DNA from: Thermoplasmata archaeon
Lineage (GTDB): Archaea > Thermoplasmatota > E2 > JACPAO01 > JAHFTW01
Direction of reading: 5' to 3'
Assembly (NCBI GenBank): GCA_034667725.1
Contig: JAXDQS010000010.1
Span: 423,171-487,170, forward strand
DNA length: 64,000 bases
A model generated the notes under the pieces. It was not told where the DNA came from, searched no databases, and saw nothing but the letters and a program-made list of their open reading frames with translations. The position numbers and the translations under genes were made by a program. Below are positions 19,664 to 29,129 of the stretch, in pieces (within the stretch, counting starts at the first letter, position 1; every line of letters begins with the position of its first letter).

Positions 19664-20829
19664 TCCGGGTCGCGGCCCCGCCCTCGAAGTCGTTCACCCA
19701 CCGCGCCTACCTCCTGGCCGCCCAGTCGGACCAGCCCTGCACCGTGCTGCGCCCGCTGCGCGCCGGCCACACCGATGGCACCCTGCGCGCCCTCGCCCAG
19801 ATGGGCGCGCGCTTCGAGGCCGCCCCGGACGCGGTGCGCTTCCTGCCCGCCTCGCTGCGGCCCCCGCCCGGCGCCGTCCAGTGCGGCGCGTCCGCCAGCA
19901 CGATGCGCCTCGTGGCCGCCGCCGCGGCCCGCTTCCCGGTCGCCACCGTCCTCGACGGCGACGCCGCGCTGCGCGCCCGCCCGCAAGCCGACCTGGTGAC
20001 GGCGCTGCGAGCGCTCGGCGTCCGCGCCGACGCGGGGCCGCTGCGAGTGCAAGGCCCGCTCTTGGGAGGCAGCGTCGCCATCCCGCCGGGCGCCAGCAGC
20101 CAGGTCGCCTCCGGGCTGCTGCTGGCGCTCGCGCAGGCGCCCGGCCCCAGCCGCCTCGCCGCCCGCGCGCCGGTCGCGTCGCGCCCGTACCTCGACGTCA
20201 CCCTCGCCTGCATGGCGGCCTTCGGGCTCACGGCGCGCGCCGCCGACACCGCGGGCGCCTGGGTCGCGGACCTGCCGGGCGGCGAAGGGCCGCGCTGCGC
20301 CCGCTTCGAGGTCGAGGGCGACTGGTCCGCCGCCGCGATGCTGCTGTGCGCCGCCGCCATCCAGGGCGAGCGCATCGAGGTCGCGGGCGTGCGCCCCGAC
20401 TCCGTGCAAGGCGACCGCGCCATCGTCGAGCTGTTGGCCCGCTTCGGCACGCCCGGCGCGCTGGAGTCGCCCGGAGCCATCGATGTCGCCGCGGTGCCCG
20501 ACCTGTTCCCGCCGCTGGCCGCCGTCGCCGCCCACGCCCGCGGCACCACGACCTTCACCGGCGGCGCGGCGCTCCGGGCCAAGGAGTCCGACCGCATCGC
20601 TGCCATGGCCGACGGCCTGCGCGCCCTCGGCGCCGAAGTCCAGGAGCGCCCCGACGGCCTCGTGGTGCGTGGGGGCGCCCCGCTTCGCCTCGCCGCCGTC
20701 GCAAGCCGCGGCGACCACCGCGTCCACATGGCGCTCGCGATCGCGGGCGGCCGCCCCGACGGCGACGCCGGCGCCAGCTTCCCCGGTTTCGCGCACGCCT
20801 TGGCGGCGCTGCGGCAGAGGGCGGCATGA
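19660..20829 (+). CDS. aroA: EPSP synthase
   Basis: PPSKSFTHRA, SSQVASGLL, SRPYLDVT, LRAKESDRI, DHRVHMA. Confidence 0.92.
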   Translation: MIRVAAPPSKSFTHRAYLLAAQSDQPCTVLRPLRAGHTDGTLRALAQMGARFEAAPDAVRFLPASLRPPPGAVQCGASASTMRLVAAAAARFPVATVLDGDAALRARPQADLVTALRALGVRADAGPLRVQGPLLGGSVAIPPGASSQVASGLLLALAQAPGPSRLAARAPVASRPYLDVTLACMAAFGLTARAADTAGAWVADLPGGEGPRCARFEVEGDWSAAAMLLCAAAIQGERIEVAGVRPDSVQGDRAIVELLARFGTPGALESPGAIDVAAVPDLFPPLAAVAAHARGTTTFTGGAALRAKESDRIAAMADGLRALGAEVQERPDGLVVRGGAPLRLAAVASRGDHRVHMALAIAGGRPDGDAGASFPGFAHALAALRQRAA

Positions 20830-21824
20830 ACACCTTCGGCCTCGCCCTGCGCGTCAGCCTGTGGGGCGAGTCGCACGGCCCCGCCGTCGGCGCCCTGCTG
20901 GACGGCCTGCCCGCCGGCCTCCCCGTGGACGCGGCCGCCATCGCCGCCGCCATGGCCGAGCGCCGCCCAGGCCCCGACGGCGGCCCCGTGTCGCAGCGCC
21001 GCGAGCCGGATGCGGTGGCGATCGAGAGCGGCGTCCACGCCGGCCGCACCACCGGCCACCCGGTGCTGCTGCGCATCGCCAACGCCGACGCCCGCCCGCA
21101 GGACTACGCCTTCCCCGGCCCGCGCCCCGGCCACGCCGACTTCCCCGAGTCGGTGCGCACCGGCGTCGTGCAGCCGGGCGGCGGCCACCAGTCGGGCCGC
21201 CTCACCGCGCCGCTCGTGGCCGCCGGCGCGCTGGTGGCGCCGCTGCTCGCGCGCCACGGCGTCACGGTCGCGGCGCGCCTCCAGCAGGTTGGCGAGGTCT
21301 GCGACGACCTTGCCGCCATGAGAGCCCGCGTCGAGGCGGCCCGCCGCGCCGGCGACTCGGTCGGCGGCATCGTCGCGTTCGTCGCCGAGGGCTTGCCGGT
21401 CGGCCTGGGCGAGCCGCACTTGGCAGGCCTGGAGCCGCACCTCGGCCACCTGCTGCTCGCCGTCCCGGGCGTCAAGGGTGTCGAGTTCGGCCACGGCTTC
21501 GCGGCCGCCGCCATGGCCGGCTCCGCGCACAACGACCCCTACGAGCCGGCCGCGGGCGGGGCGCGCCCGGCGAGCAACCACGCCGGCGGCGCCCTGGGCG
21601 GCCGCGCGACGGGGCTGCCGTTCACCGGGCGGGTCGCGTTCAAGCCCGCCAGCTCGATCGCCTTGCCGCAGCGCACGGTGGACGCCGCCGGCCAGCCAGC
21701 CGAGATCCAAGTCGGCGGGCGGCACGACCCCTGCATCGCGGTGCGGGGCACGCCCGTCGTCGCCGCCTGCGTCCGCCTCGCCGTGGCGGACCTGCTCCTG
21801 GCAAGGACCGATACCCTCCTGTAG
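20826..21824 (+). CDS. aroC: Chorismate synthase
   Basis: GESHG, RPGHAD, GGGHQSGRLTA, NHAGGALGG, GRHDPC. Confidence 0.93.
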   Translation: MNTFGLALRVSLWGESHGPAVGALLDGLPAGLPVDAAAIAAAMAERRPGPDGGPVSQRREPDAVAIESGVHAGRTTGHPVLLRIANADARPQDYAFPGPRPGHADFPESVRTGVVQPGGGHQSGRLTAPLVAAGALVAPLLARHGVTVAARLQQVGEVCDDLAAMRARVEAARRAGDSVGGIVAFVAEGLPVGLGEPHLAGLEPHLGHLLLAVPGVKGVEFGHGFAAAAMAGSAHNDPYEPAAGGARPASNHAGGALGGRATGLPFTGRVAFKPASSIALPQRTVDAAGQPAEIQVGGRHDPCIAVRGTPVVAACVRLAVADLLLARTDTLL

Positions 21825-21844
21825 GCGCTTTCAGTCCCCCGGGC

Positions 21845-22534
21845 ATGGAGATCGCAGCCTTGGTCGAACTGTCGGGCGGGCGCCTGCCCGACGGCGACCG
21901 GCCCGAGGCCGCCGCCGAGGCGGCCCGCGCGGCGGGCGCAGGCTGGCTGCACGTCGTCGACGTCGACGCCGCCCAAGGCCTCCGCAACCAGTGGCTCGCC
22001 ATCGGCCGCCTGCAGGCCGGCCCCCGCCTCCAGTTCGGCGGCGGCGTCCGGAGCATGACGCAGGTCCAGCAGTTGCGGGACCTCGGCGTCGAGCGCGTGC
22101 TGGTGTCCACCCAGGCCGTCCGCAACCCGCTCTGGGTCCGCGAGCTGTGCCGCCTGTTCACCGGCCACGTCGTGCTCGGCCTCGACGTCCAGCAGGGCGA
22201 GGTCGTCACCGACGGCCGCCGCACCCCGCATGGCCAGGACGCCCTGGAGGTCGCCGCCAGCCTCGACGACGCCGGCCTCGCCGCCTTCGTGCTGACCGAC
22301 CCCGACGGCACCCCGACCGCCGAGGAGCTGGTCGCGTTCCGCCACGCCGCCCCGCTCACGCCGCTGTGGGTGGTGGCGCGCGACCCCGACGCCGCCGACC
22401 TGGCGGCACTCGCCGAGGCCGGGGTCGCCGGCCTCATCGTCGCCGGCGCCGGCCTGGAGGCCGCCGCCCAAGCCCACCCCGCCGCCCCGCGGGCCGGCCT
22501 GGTGCGGGTGCTGCGCGGCCACGACGAGGAATAG
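21845..22534 (+). CDS. hisA: HisA/HisF-family TIM-barrel protein (divergent HisA)
   Basis: WLHVVDVD, QFGGGVRS, LGLDV; adjacent to hisIE. Confidence 0.65.
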   Translation: MEIAALVELSGGRLPDGDRPEAAAEAARAAGAGWLHVVDVDAAQGLRNQWLAIGRLQAGPRLQFGGGVRSMTQVQQLRDLGVERVLVSTQAVRNPLWVRELCRLFTGHVVLGLDVQQGEVVTDGRRTPHGQDALEVAASLDDAGLAAFVLTDPDGTPTAEELVAFRHAAPLTPLWVVARDPDAADLAALAEAGVAGLIVAGAGLEAAAQAHPAAPRAGLVRVLRGHDEE

Positions 22535-22568
22535 CCTCAAACCGCGCCGCCTCCTGCGGCGGGCCGGG

Positions 22569-23726
22569 ATGAAGGGCCGCAAGAAGGGCAAGGCGAAGGG
22601 CAAGCCCGGCGCGCCGCCGCCCGTCCACAAGTTCCCGGGCCGCCGCGCCGCCAGCCGCGCCGAGCCGGAGGACGACGCGCCGAAGGCCGCCGCGGTCCAC
22701 AAGTTCAGCGGCAAGCGCCGCGACGCCGAACCGGCCGCGAAGCCCCCGGCGCCCAAGGGCATGGCCGCGCGCCTGGCCGCCATGGCCGCCGCCAGCGCCG
22801 AGATGGACGCCGAGCCCGACGTCAAGTCCAAGGCCGCCGGCTCCGCGCCCGCCAACCCGAAGGGCGGCGTCGCGTGGGAGGACTTCGAGGACGACGACGC
22901 CCCCGCCGCTCCCCCGCCCGCGAAGGCCGCAGCCGAGCCGGCGATGGAGTTCGCCGCCCCGCCCGCGGGCCCGCCCAAGGCCGTCGACGAAGGCGTGCAG
23001 GTGGTCGCCAAGGGCGCCTCCAAGTTCAGCGCCGCCGACCTCGAGCTGCTGCGCTCCGCCATCAAGGTCAAGGGTGCTGCCAGCGTCATCGAGGGCGTCA
23101 ACCTCGACGAGCTCAAATGGGACGACGAAGGCCTCGTGCCGGTCGTCACCCAGGACCGCCGCACCGGCGCGGTGCTGATGCTGGCCCACGCCAACCGCGA
23201 GACGCTGGAGCAGACGCTGCGCACCAAGACCGCCACCTACTGGAGTCGCCCGCGCGGCAAGGCCTGGACCCCCGGCGAAGGCGAGGGGCACGCCCAGCGC
23301 GTCGTCCGCCTCTCGGTGGACTGCGACAAGGACGCGATCCTGCTGCTGGTGGACCACGACGGCCCCGCCTGCCACCGCGACACCGGCACCTGCTGGAGCG
23401 AAGGCCGCGAGGTCCCGCCCGCCACCTTCCTCGGCGAGCTCGACCGCATCGTGCGCGACCGCGCCAAGCACCCCCGGCCCGACAGCGCCACCAACAAGCT
23501 GCTGGCCGAGCCCATCCAGGCGCTGCGCCGCTTCGTCGAGGAGGCCAACGAGGTCACCCGCAACATCCAGGGCAAGGCCACCAACGAGTCCTTGGAGCAC
23601 GCCGTCGGCGACCTGCTCTACCACCTGCTCGTCGTCCTGCGGACCAAGGGCGTCGGCCTCGGCGAGGTCCTCACCGAGCTGCAGGCGCGGCACCTGGCGA
23701 TGGAGATGCAGAAGGCGAAGTCCTAG
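22569..23726 (+). CDS. hisIE: Bifunctional HisIE with a long low-complexity N-terminal extension
   Basis: GLVPVVTQD, YWSR, DCDKD, PACH..TCW, EEANEV, DLLYH. Confidence 0.85.
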   Translation: MKGRKKGKAKGKPGAPPPVHKFPGRRAASRAEPEDDAPKAAAVHKFSGKRRDAEPAAKPPAPKGMAARLAAMAAASAEMDAEPDVKSKAAGSAPANPKGGVAWEDFEDDDAPAAPPPAKAAAEPAMEFAAPPAGPPKAVDEGVQVVAKGASKFSAADLELLRSAIKVKGAASVIEGVNLDELKWDDEGLVPVVTQDRRTGAVLMLAHANRETLEQTLRTKTATYWSRPRGKAWTPGEGEGHAQRVVRLSVDCDKDAILLLVDHDGPACHRDTGTCWSEGREVPPATFLGELDRIVRDRAKHPRPDSATNKLLAEPIQALRRFVEEANEVTRNIQGKATNESLEHAVGDLLYHLLVVLRTKGVGLGEVLTELQARHLAMEMQKAKS

Positions 23727-23743
23727 GCGCGCCGCGCCAGGAC

Positions 23744-23805
23744 GACCACGGATTTCACGGATTGCACGGAACCAAGTTTCCGTGGCATCCGTGCAATCCG
23801 TGGTC
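23744..23805. repeat. Palindromic CACGG repeat, copy 2
   Basis: Same 3x9-nt arms as 14358-14417; between convergent genes. Confidence 0.85.
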
Positions 23806-24202
23806 AGGTCGGCGGGCGTTGCGCCCCGACCTCGTCCTCGGCCCGCGCCGCCTCCAGCACCTGCTTGCCGAAGACCAGGCCCAAGGCACCGAACGCGATC
23901 GACAGCACGAAGCTCACGACCGCCATGGCGCCGAGGTACATGCTGGTGGGGTGCAGGAAGACGTTGCACGACAAGGTGCGCGTCCCCGTGACGTTGGAGG
24001 AGGCGTCGAGCTGGTCCACGCAGCCCGTGTTGCCGGTGGCGCCGCCGTAGAGCAGCCAGATCCCCAGCAGCACGACGCAGCCGAAGAACAGCTTGTTCAT
24101 CCAGATGGCGCCGGTGCGGCAGGCCCGGTACGGCAGCCCCTCGCGCACGATGAAGCGGGACTCCTGCAGGACCTCGGGCTTGTCGCTCAACGGCCGGGCC
24201 AC
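23804..24202 (-). CDS. Hypothetical two-TM protein
   Basis: 132 aa, two TM helices around a Cys-containing loop. Confidence 0.65.
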   Translation of the reverse strand: MARPLSDKPEVLQESRFIVREGLPYRACRTGAIWMNKLFFGCVVLLGIWLLYGGATGNTGCVDQLDASSNVTGTRTLSCNVFLHPTSMYLGAMAVVSFVLSIAFGALGLVFGKQVLEAARAEDEVGAQRPPT

Positions 24203-24241
24203 GCCGCGGGTCCTTTAGGGTGTTGCCGCCATGCAAGCGGC

Positions 24242-24835
24242 GTGCCCAAGCCGCGGCGGCCCGTCCTGCTGGTGCACGGGATCCTGGGCCAACGGGCCCT
24301 GTACTGGAACGTGTTCCGGCACCGCCTGGAGCACGACGGCTTCGTGGTGGAGGAGGTCACGTTCCCGGGCTACCTGCTGGGCGACCTGCGGCGCGCCGCG
24401 GAGGTGCTGCAGGAGGAGGTCGAGACGATGGCCCGCACCGGCCACCCCGAGGTGGACCTGGTGTGCCACAGCGCCGGCGGGCTGGTGGCGCGCCACTACG
24501 TCCAGCAGATGGGCGGCGACGCGCACGTGCGCCACGTCGTGATGCTGGGGACGCCGCACCGCGGCACCTACTTTGCCTACGCCATGGGGATTCCCGTCGG
24601 CCTGGCGGCGCAGGCGCGGCCCGGCTCCACCGTGCTGGCCTCGCTGGACGCGGCGCCGTGGCCGAAGCAGGTGCGCGCCACCAACTTCTGGAGCCCCGTG
24701 GACGGCATCGTCATCCCTGGCGAGCGCAGCTTCTGGCAGCACGCCGACAACGTCAAGGTCTGGACGCACCACTGGGCCTACCTCGTGAGCCGACGGGTCT
24801 ACGACCAGGTCAAGCAGGCGCTGCTGCGGCGCTAA
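24242..24835 (+). CDS. Small alpha/beta-hydrolase (lipase/esterase)
   Basis: PVLLVHG, VCHSAGG, LGTPHRGT, DGIV. Confidence 0.85.
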   Translation: MPKPRRPVLLVHGILGQRALYWNVFRHRLEHDGFVVEEVTFPGYLLGDLRRAAEVLQEEVETMARTGHPEVDLVCHSAGGLVARHYVQQMGGDAHVRHVVMLGTPHRGTYFAYAMGIPVGLAAQARPGSTVLASLDAAPWPKQVRATNFWSPVDGIVIPGERSFWQHADNVKVWTHHWAYLVSRRVYDQVKQALLRR

Positions 24836-25599
24836 AGGTACGGGTGGCCGCGCTCGGCCTTGAGCTGGTCCAGCGCCACCTGCAGCTCGCCGCGCATCGC
24901 CTCGGCGGCCGCGTGGACGGCGGCGCGGTCGTCCGGGTCGGGCACGGTGTCGCCCAGGCGGCGCGGCGACAGGAACCGGATGCGCCACTTCACCGGCTTG
25001 GGGAACAGGTTGGTCGGCACCGGGATGGGCATCTTCAGAAGCTGCTCGTAGGACTCGATGGTGCGGTCCACCGGGTTCGACTCCTCGCCGCCCAGGATGG
25101 CCACCGGCACGACGGGGACGTCCTCCTGCACGGCCACACGGACGAAGCCGCGCGCGAACTCCGAAAGCTGGTAGCCGGTCGTGGCCCGGAAGGCGCCCTT
25201 CTCGCCCTCGGGGAACACCACGACGAGGTGGCCGGCCCGCAGCGCCGCCGCCATCGCCTCCTTGCTGACCTTCGACAGGCCGACGCGGGCCGCGAACCTG
25301 GCCGTCTGGGGCGCCACGAACCAGGCCGCGTGCACCATGCCGCGCGGGATCCGCTCGCACTCGTCGTGCAGCACCACCGCGGTCAGGGCGTAGTCGAGGC
25401 CGAGCCAGCCGGTGTGGTTCGCCACCAGGAGAGCGGGCCCCTTGAGCGGGACGTGCTCCAGGCCGTCGGCGCGCAGCCGGGTGTAGCCCCGCAGCGCCCG
25501 CACCAACGGGATGAGCCCGTCGAGGGTCTTGGGGTCCACGCCAGGCACAGGCCAGCGAGGCCCCGTCGCGGTTTGGCCTTGCCGCACCCGCTCAGACAC
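24832..25599 (-). CDS. Lysophospholipid/acylglycerol acyltransferase (LPLAT superfamily)
   Basis: LLVANHTGWLGLD, VFPEG, GFVRVA, VPVVPV. Confidence 0.85.
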   Translation of the reverse strand: MSERVRQGQTATGPRWPVPGVDPKTLDGLIPLVRALRGYTRLRADGLEHVPLKGPALLVANHTGWLGLDYALTAVVLHDECERIPRGMVHAAWFVAPQTARFAARVGLSKVSKEAMAAALRAGHLVVVFPEGEKGAFRATTGYQLSEFARGFVRVAVQEDVPVVPVAILGGEESNPVDRTIESYEQLLKMPIPVPTNLFPKPVKWRIRFLSPRRLGDTVPDPDDRAAVHAAAEAMRGELQVALDQLKAERGHPYL

Positions 25600-25645
25600 A
25601 GATTCCGCAGATTCGCGCGATTTTTTCGGTCTGTGGAATCTGTGT
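25596..25645. repeat. Divergent palindromic repeat (CAGATT variant of the CACGG family)
   Basis: ACACAGATTCCGCAGAT...GTCTGTGGAATCTGTGT. Confidence 0.6.
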
Positions 25646-25668
25646 GGCGGGGTGGAGGGTCGGGTGGG

Positions 25669-26088
25669 TCAAGGAAGGACCGGCCCCACGACCTCGCCGT
25701 CCTTGGTCTCGGGCGCGATCCATGCCGCCAGCGCCTCGATGTCCGCGAACGGGTCGCCCGGTTCCAGCCGCACCTCGACCTCCAGGTCGCCCAGCGGGTG
25801 CGGGCGCGGGCTGAAGCTGACCTTGCCGGCGAGGGCCGCCTGCTTGCTGAGGCGGAACCGGGTCATGCGGCCGGCGCGGTCCATGCCGTGCAGGAACTGG
25901 CCGCGGAAGGTGTCGATGATGCGCAGCTCCCACACCCGCTTGCGGAGGGGGCGCAGCTCGGCGCCGTGCGCCACCAGGAAGCCGGCCAGCCCCTCGACGG
26001 CGTAGCCGGGGAAGAACTGCAGCAGCGCCTCGCGCACGCGGGCCGCGTCCTCGGTGGGGCGCACGGGGGTCGCCACGCGGACCTGCAC
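25669..26088 (-). CDS. UPF0201/COG1931 archaeal RNA-binding protein
   Basis: VRPTED, RIIDTFR, LSKQAALAGKVSF, PLGDL, WIAPETKDG. Confidence 0.8.
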   Translation of the reverse strand: MQVRVATPVRPTEDAARVREALLQFFPGYAVEGLAGFLVAHGAELRPLRKRVWELRIIDTFRGQFLHGMDRAGRMTRFRLSKQAALAGKVSFSPRPHPLGDLEVEVRLEPGDPFADIEALAAWIAPETKDGEVVGPVLP

Positions 26089-26163
26089 GGCGCGGGCACC
26101 GGGGCCGGCGGCAAGAAGGTGCCGCCCACAACGCTGAAACCAGGGACCTCCGTCGCGGCGGCC

Positions 26164-27648
26164 ATGCGCGCGTTCGCGGCCATCCTCCTCTTGGCCTTCG
26201 TGGCGTCCTCCGGCTGCATCGGCGACGGCGACGACACCTCCACCACCCAGCCTCCTGCGGCCCAGCCCGGCTACGCGCTCGACTGCGCCATCTCCAACTG
26301 GGAGGAGCCCTGCCTGGCGCGCGCCAGCCCCAACAACGCCACCAGCAAGGCCGAGGTCGACGTCGCCGTCAACCCGACGAACCCGGACAACGTCTTCGTG
26401 GCCTCCAAGGACACCGACCCGCTCGCCTCGGACGGCTGCGTCTGGGCGGTCGGCCAGTCCACCATGGACGGCGGCCGCACCTGGAAGACCACCTACGTGG
26501 GCGGCAAGACGGCCGACCGCCAGCCCGGCGACCTCCTCTACGGCTGGAAATGCATCACCGACCCCATCCTCGCCTTCGGCCCCGACGGCACGCTGTACTA
26601 CTCGCTCCAGGTCTACCAGGCCAGCCCCCGCACCGGGCCGCTTGCGGGCCTCCCCATCGAGACCGGCGGCATCATGGTCACGGCGGTCTCGCACGACGGC
26701 GGCGCCACCTTCCCCGACATGGTCGTGCTGCACGCGGGCGACAACAACTACGTGTTCCACGACTACATGCACATGGGCGCGTCGCCGACGACGGGCACCG
26801 TGTTCACCGTCTGGAACCAGCTCACCCTCGCCACCATCCCCGCCCTCGGCGCGGTCGCCGGCGAGTCCATCCCGGTCCTGGTGGCAGTCGAGAAGGGCTC
26901 CGACACCGCCCGCCCCCCGGTCTACCTGGTGCGCCGCGACGGCAGCCCGAGCCCGCCCAACCTGGACGCCAGCCTCGGCGAGTCCAGCCTCGTGGTCGGC
27001 GCCGACGGCACGGTCTACGCGTTCCTCGGCGGCTTCAACTCCCCCAACGCGGCCTACCTCTCGACCTCGACCGACGACGGCATGACCTTCACCGAGCCGA
27101 CGCGCGTGTTCGGCTTCACCCCGATGGACCCGATGTCCAACGTCAGCTTCCGCCACGGCACCGTGGTCGAGCTGGCCGTCGACAACTCGGCGGGCGGCCA
27201 AGGCTGCCTGCACGCCGTCTGGGGCGGCAAGGAGGAGGGCACCGTCGGCCCGTCCGACGTCTACGCCCGCCGCAGCTGCGACAAGGGCGCCACCTGGACC
27301 GAGCCCGTGCTGGTCAACGCCAACACCCGCGGCGACGGCCAATGGATGCCCCGCGTCAGCGTCGACGGCCGCGGCACCGTCCACGCCGTCTACCTGACCC
27401 GCCACTACGGCGAGCCCTTCGTGGACGCGGAGCACGCCTGGAGCACCGACAACGGCACCACCTGGCGCACCGAACGCCTCACCGCCACCAGCTTCGACGG
27501 CGACCTGGGCATCCACCAGGACGGCTTCCCGTTCCTGGGCGACTACATCGGCATCGCCTCGACCGGCGACGTGACCTACATGGGCTTCCCGTCGACGGTG
27601 ACGGGCCGCGCCGAGATCGCGGTGGCCAAGACCGCCTGGCACGACTGA
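26164..27648 (+). CDS. Secreted lipoprotein, sialidase-like beta-propeller (BNR/Asp-box)
   Basis: Lipobox SSGC; repeated S/T-x-D-G-G-x-T-W/F; FLGDYIGI. Confidence 0.8.
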   Translation: MRAFAAILLLAFVASSGCIGDGDDTSTTQPPAAQPGYALDCAISNWEEPCLARASPNNATSKAEVDVAVNPTNPDNVFVASKDTDPLASDGCVWAVGQSTMDGGRTWKTTYVGGKTADRQPGDLLYGWKCITDPILAFGPDGTLYYSLQVYQASPRTGPLAGLPIETGGIMVTAVSHDGGATFPDMVVLHAGDNNYVFHDYMHMGASPTTGTVFTVWNQLTLATIPALGAVAGESIPVLVAVEKGSDTARPPVYLVRRDGSPSPPNLDASLGESSLVVGADGTVYAFLGGFNSPNAAYLSTSTDDGMTFTEPTRVFGFTPMDPMSNVSFRHGTVVELAVDNSAGGQGCLHAVWGGKEEGTVGPSDVYARRSCDKGATWTEPVLVNANTRGDGQWMPRVSVDGRGTVHAVYLTRHYGEPFVDAEHAWSTDNGTTWRTERLTATSFDGDLGIHQDGFPFLGDYIGIASTGDVTYMGFPSTVTGRAEIAVAKTAWHD

Positions 27649-27720
27649 CGCCGGGCCCTAGGGCTGCGTTCAAGTCTTGACAAATAGGCTCAAGTGCCCC
27701 GGCGGCTCCTTCCCGGCTGC

Positions 27721-28392
27721 ATGACGCGCGCCCTCCTGCTGCTCGCCACCGCCCTGCTCGTCCTGGCCCCCGTCGCCAGCGCCCACACCACCGTCACCAG
27801 CGCCGACGGCAAGGTCCGCATGGTCGTCGGCCTCCTGAACGAGCCGGTCGTCACCTACAGCAAGACCGGCCTCGACGTCTGCTTCACCAACAACACCGCC
27901 GCCCGCGAGCCGCTCACCGTCAACCCCGGCGACCTCACGGCCACCCTGGTCAGTCCCGGCGGCAAGACCCTCCAGCTCCCGCTGCGGACCCAGTTCGGCC
28001 GCGCCGGCTGCTACCAGTTCGAGGAGCCGTTCATCCTCACCGAGCCCGGCCAGTACGTCGTGGACCTCGTCGGCACCGCCAGCGGCTCCGCGCTCAACGC
28101 CCAGGACGTCAAGGCCGGCGGCTCGGTGCTGCCCCAGGGCAACATCACCTTCCCGGCCGACGTGCCGGACCTCGCCGTCCTGGAAAGCAGGGTCGCGGCC
28201 ATGCAGGCCCAGATGCAGGCCATGAACCAGACCCACGCCACCAAGGTGCAGTCGATGGAGTCCCGCATCAAGGCGCTGGAGGCGAAGCTTGCAGACGAGG
28301 ACAGCAAGGGCGCCCCCATGCCGACGGGCGTCTTGGTGCTCGCGATGGTGCTGGGGGCGGCCATGCTGGCCCGCCGCCGCGCCGCGCCGTGA
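27721..28392 (+). CDS. Secreted protein with C-terminal TM anchor and basic tail
   Basis: Signal peptide ending ASA-H, coiled coil, hydrophobic tail plus RRR. Confidence 0.75.
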   Translation: MTRALLLLATALLVLAPVASAHTTVTSADGKVRMVVGLLNEPVVTYSKTGLDVCFTNNTAAREPLTVNPGDLTATLVSPGGKTLQLPLRTQFGRAGCYQFEEPFILTEPGQYVVDLVGTASGSALNAQDVKAGGSVLPQGNITFPADVPDLAVLESRVAAMQAQMQAMNQTHATKVQSMESRIKALEAKLADEDSKGAPMPTGVLVLAMVLGAAMLARRRAAP

Positions 28393-28395
28393 GGC

Positions 28396-28887
28396 TCAGT
28401 TCAGGGCTTCGGTGAGCCGCGCCAGCAGGCTCGCGTCGTCCTTCGCGCCGCCCGTGACCCCTTCCAGGGCCTCCAGGTCCTCCTGGGTCTCCTGGTCGCT
28501 GGGGTTGAGGCGCACGACCTTGCGGAACGCATCCACCGCCTTGTGCATCAGCTCCAGCGCCGAGGCGGCAGGCAGCTCGTGGATCGCGGTGCCGGGGCCG
28601 ACCGGGACCAGGCCGGTGCGCGCCAGGCTGGAGAGCAGGTAGGCCATCGCGACCTGGTGGTGGGTCTCGGGGCTCACGGGGTCCATGGCCACGGCGTCCA
28701 AGGCGGCGGCCAACGAGGCACCATAGTTGCCCAGGTCCATCTCCAGGATGGCCTTCCGCAGCAGGCGCTCGGCGCTCGGGCCATGGCGCCGAATCTCCAG
28801 GTTCACGACCGACAGCGTCTGGAAATGCTCGACGTAGTCCAGGTCGCGGGGAGCGGTGGCCAGTTGGCTCAGAAGGTGCGCCCTCAT
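28396..28887 (-). CDS. TPR-repeat protein
   Basis: TPR-like LGNYGASL..MDP and AFRKVVRLNP. Confidence 0.7.
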   Translation of the reverse strand: MRAHLLSQLATAPRDLDYVEHFQTLSVVNLEIRRHGPSAERLLRKAILEMDLGNYGASLAAALDAVAMDPVSPETHHQVAMAYLLSSLARTGLVPVGPGTAIHELPAASALELMHKAVDAFRKVVRLNPSDQETQEDLEALEGVTGGAKDDASLLARLTEALN

Positions 28888-29129
28888 AGGGAACCTAGGC
28901 CAAAGGTGGGGATTTCCCAGCGGTTAAGGGTTATGGCAAAAACGTTGAAGCGTCGGAAGAAAACCCCGCCTTCCACGGAGACCGCGGCGATCCATGAAAG
29001 GCGGGCGCCTTGCCTCGCGGCGGGCGGGCGCGGGCCTTGCGGAATCCGCGGCGTTGCCCCTCCGCCTCCCGGCAAAAGGCCGCCCCGACATCCCCCCTTA
29101 AATGGAGCATGTCCATGCATCCATCCCCC

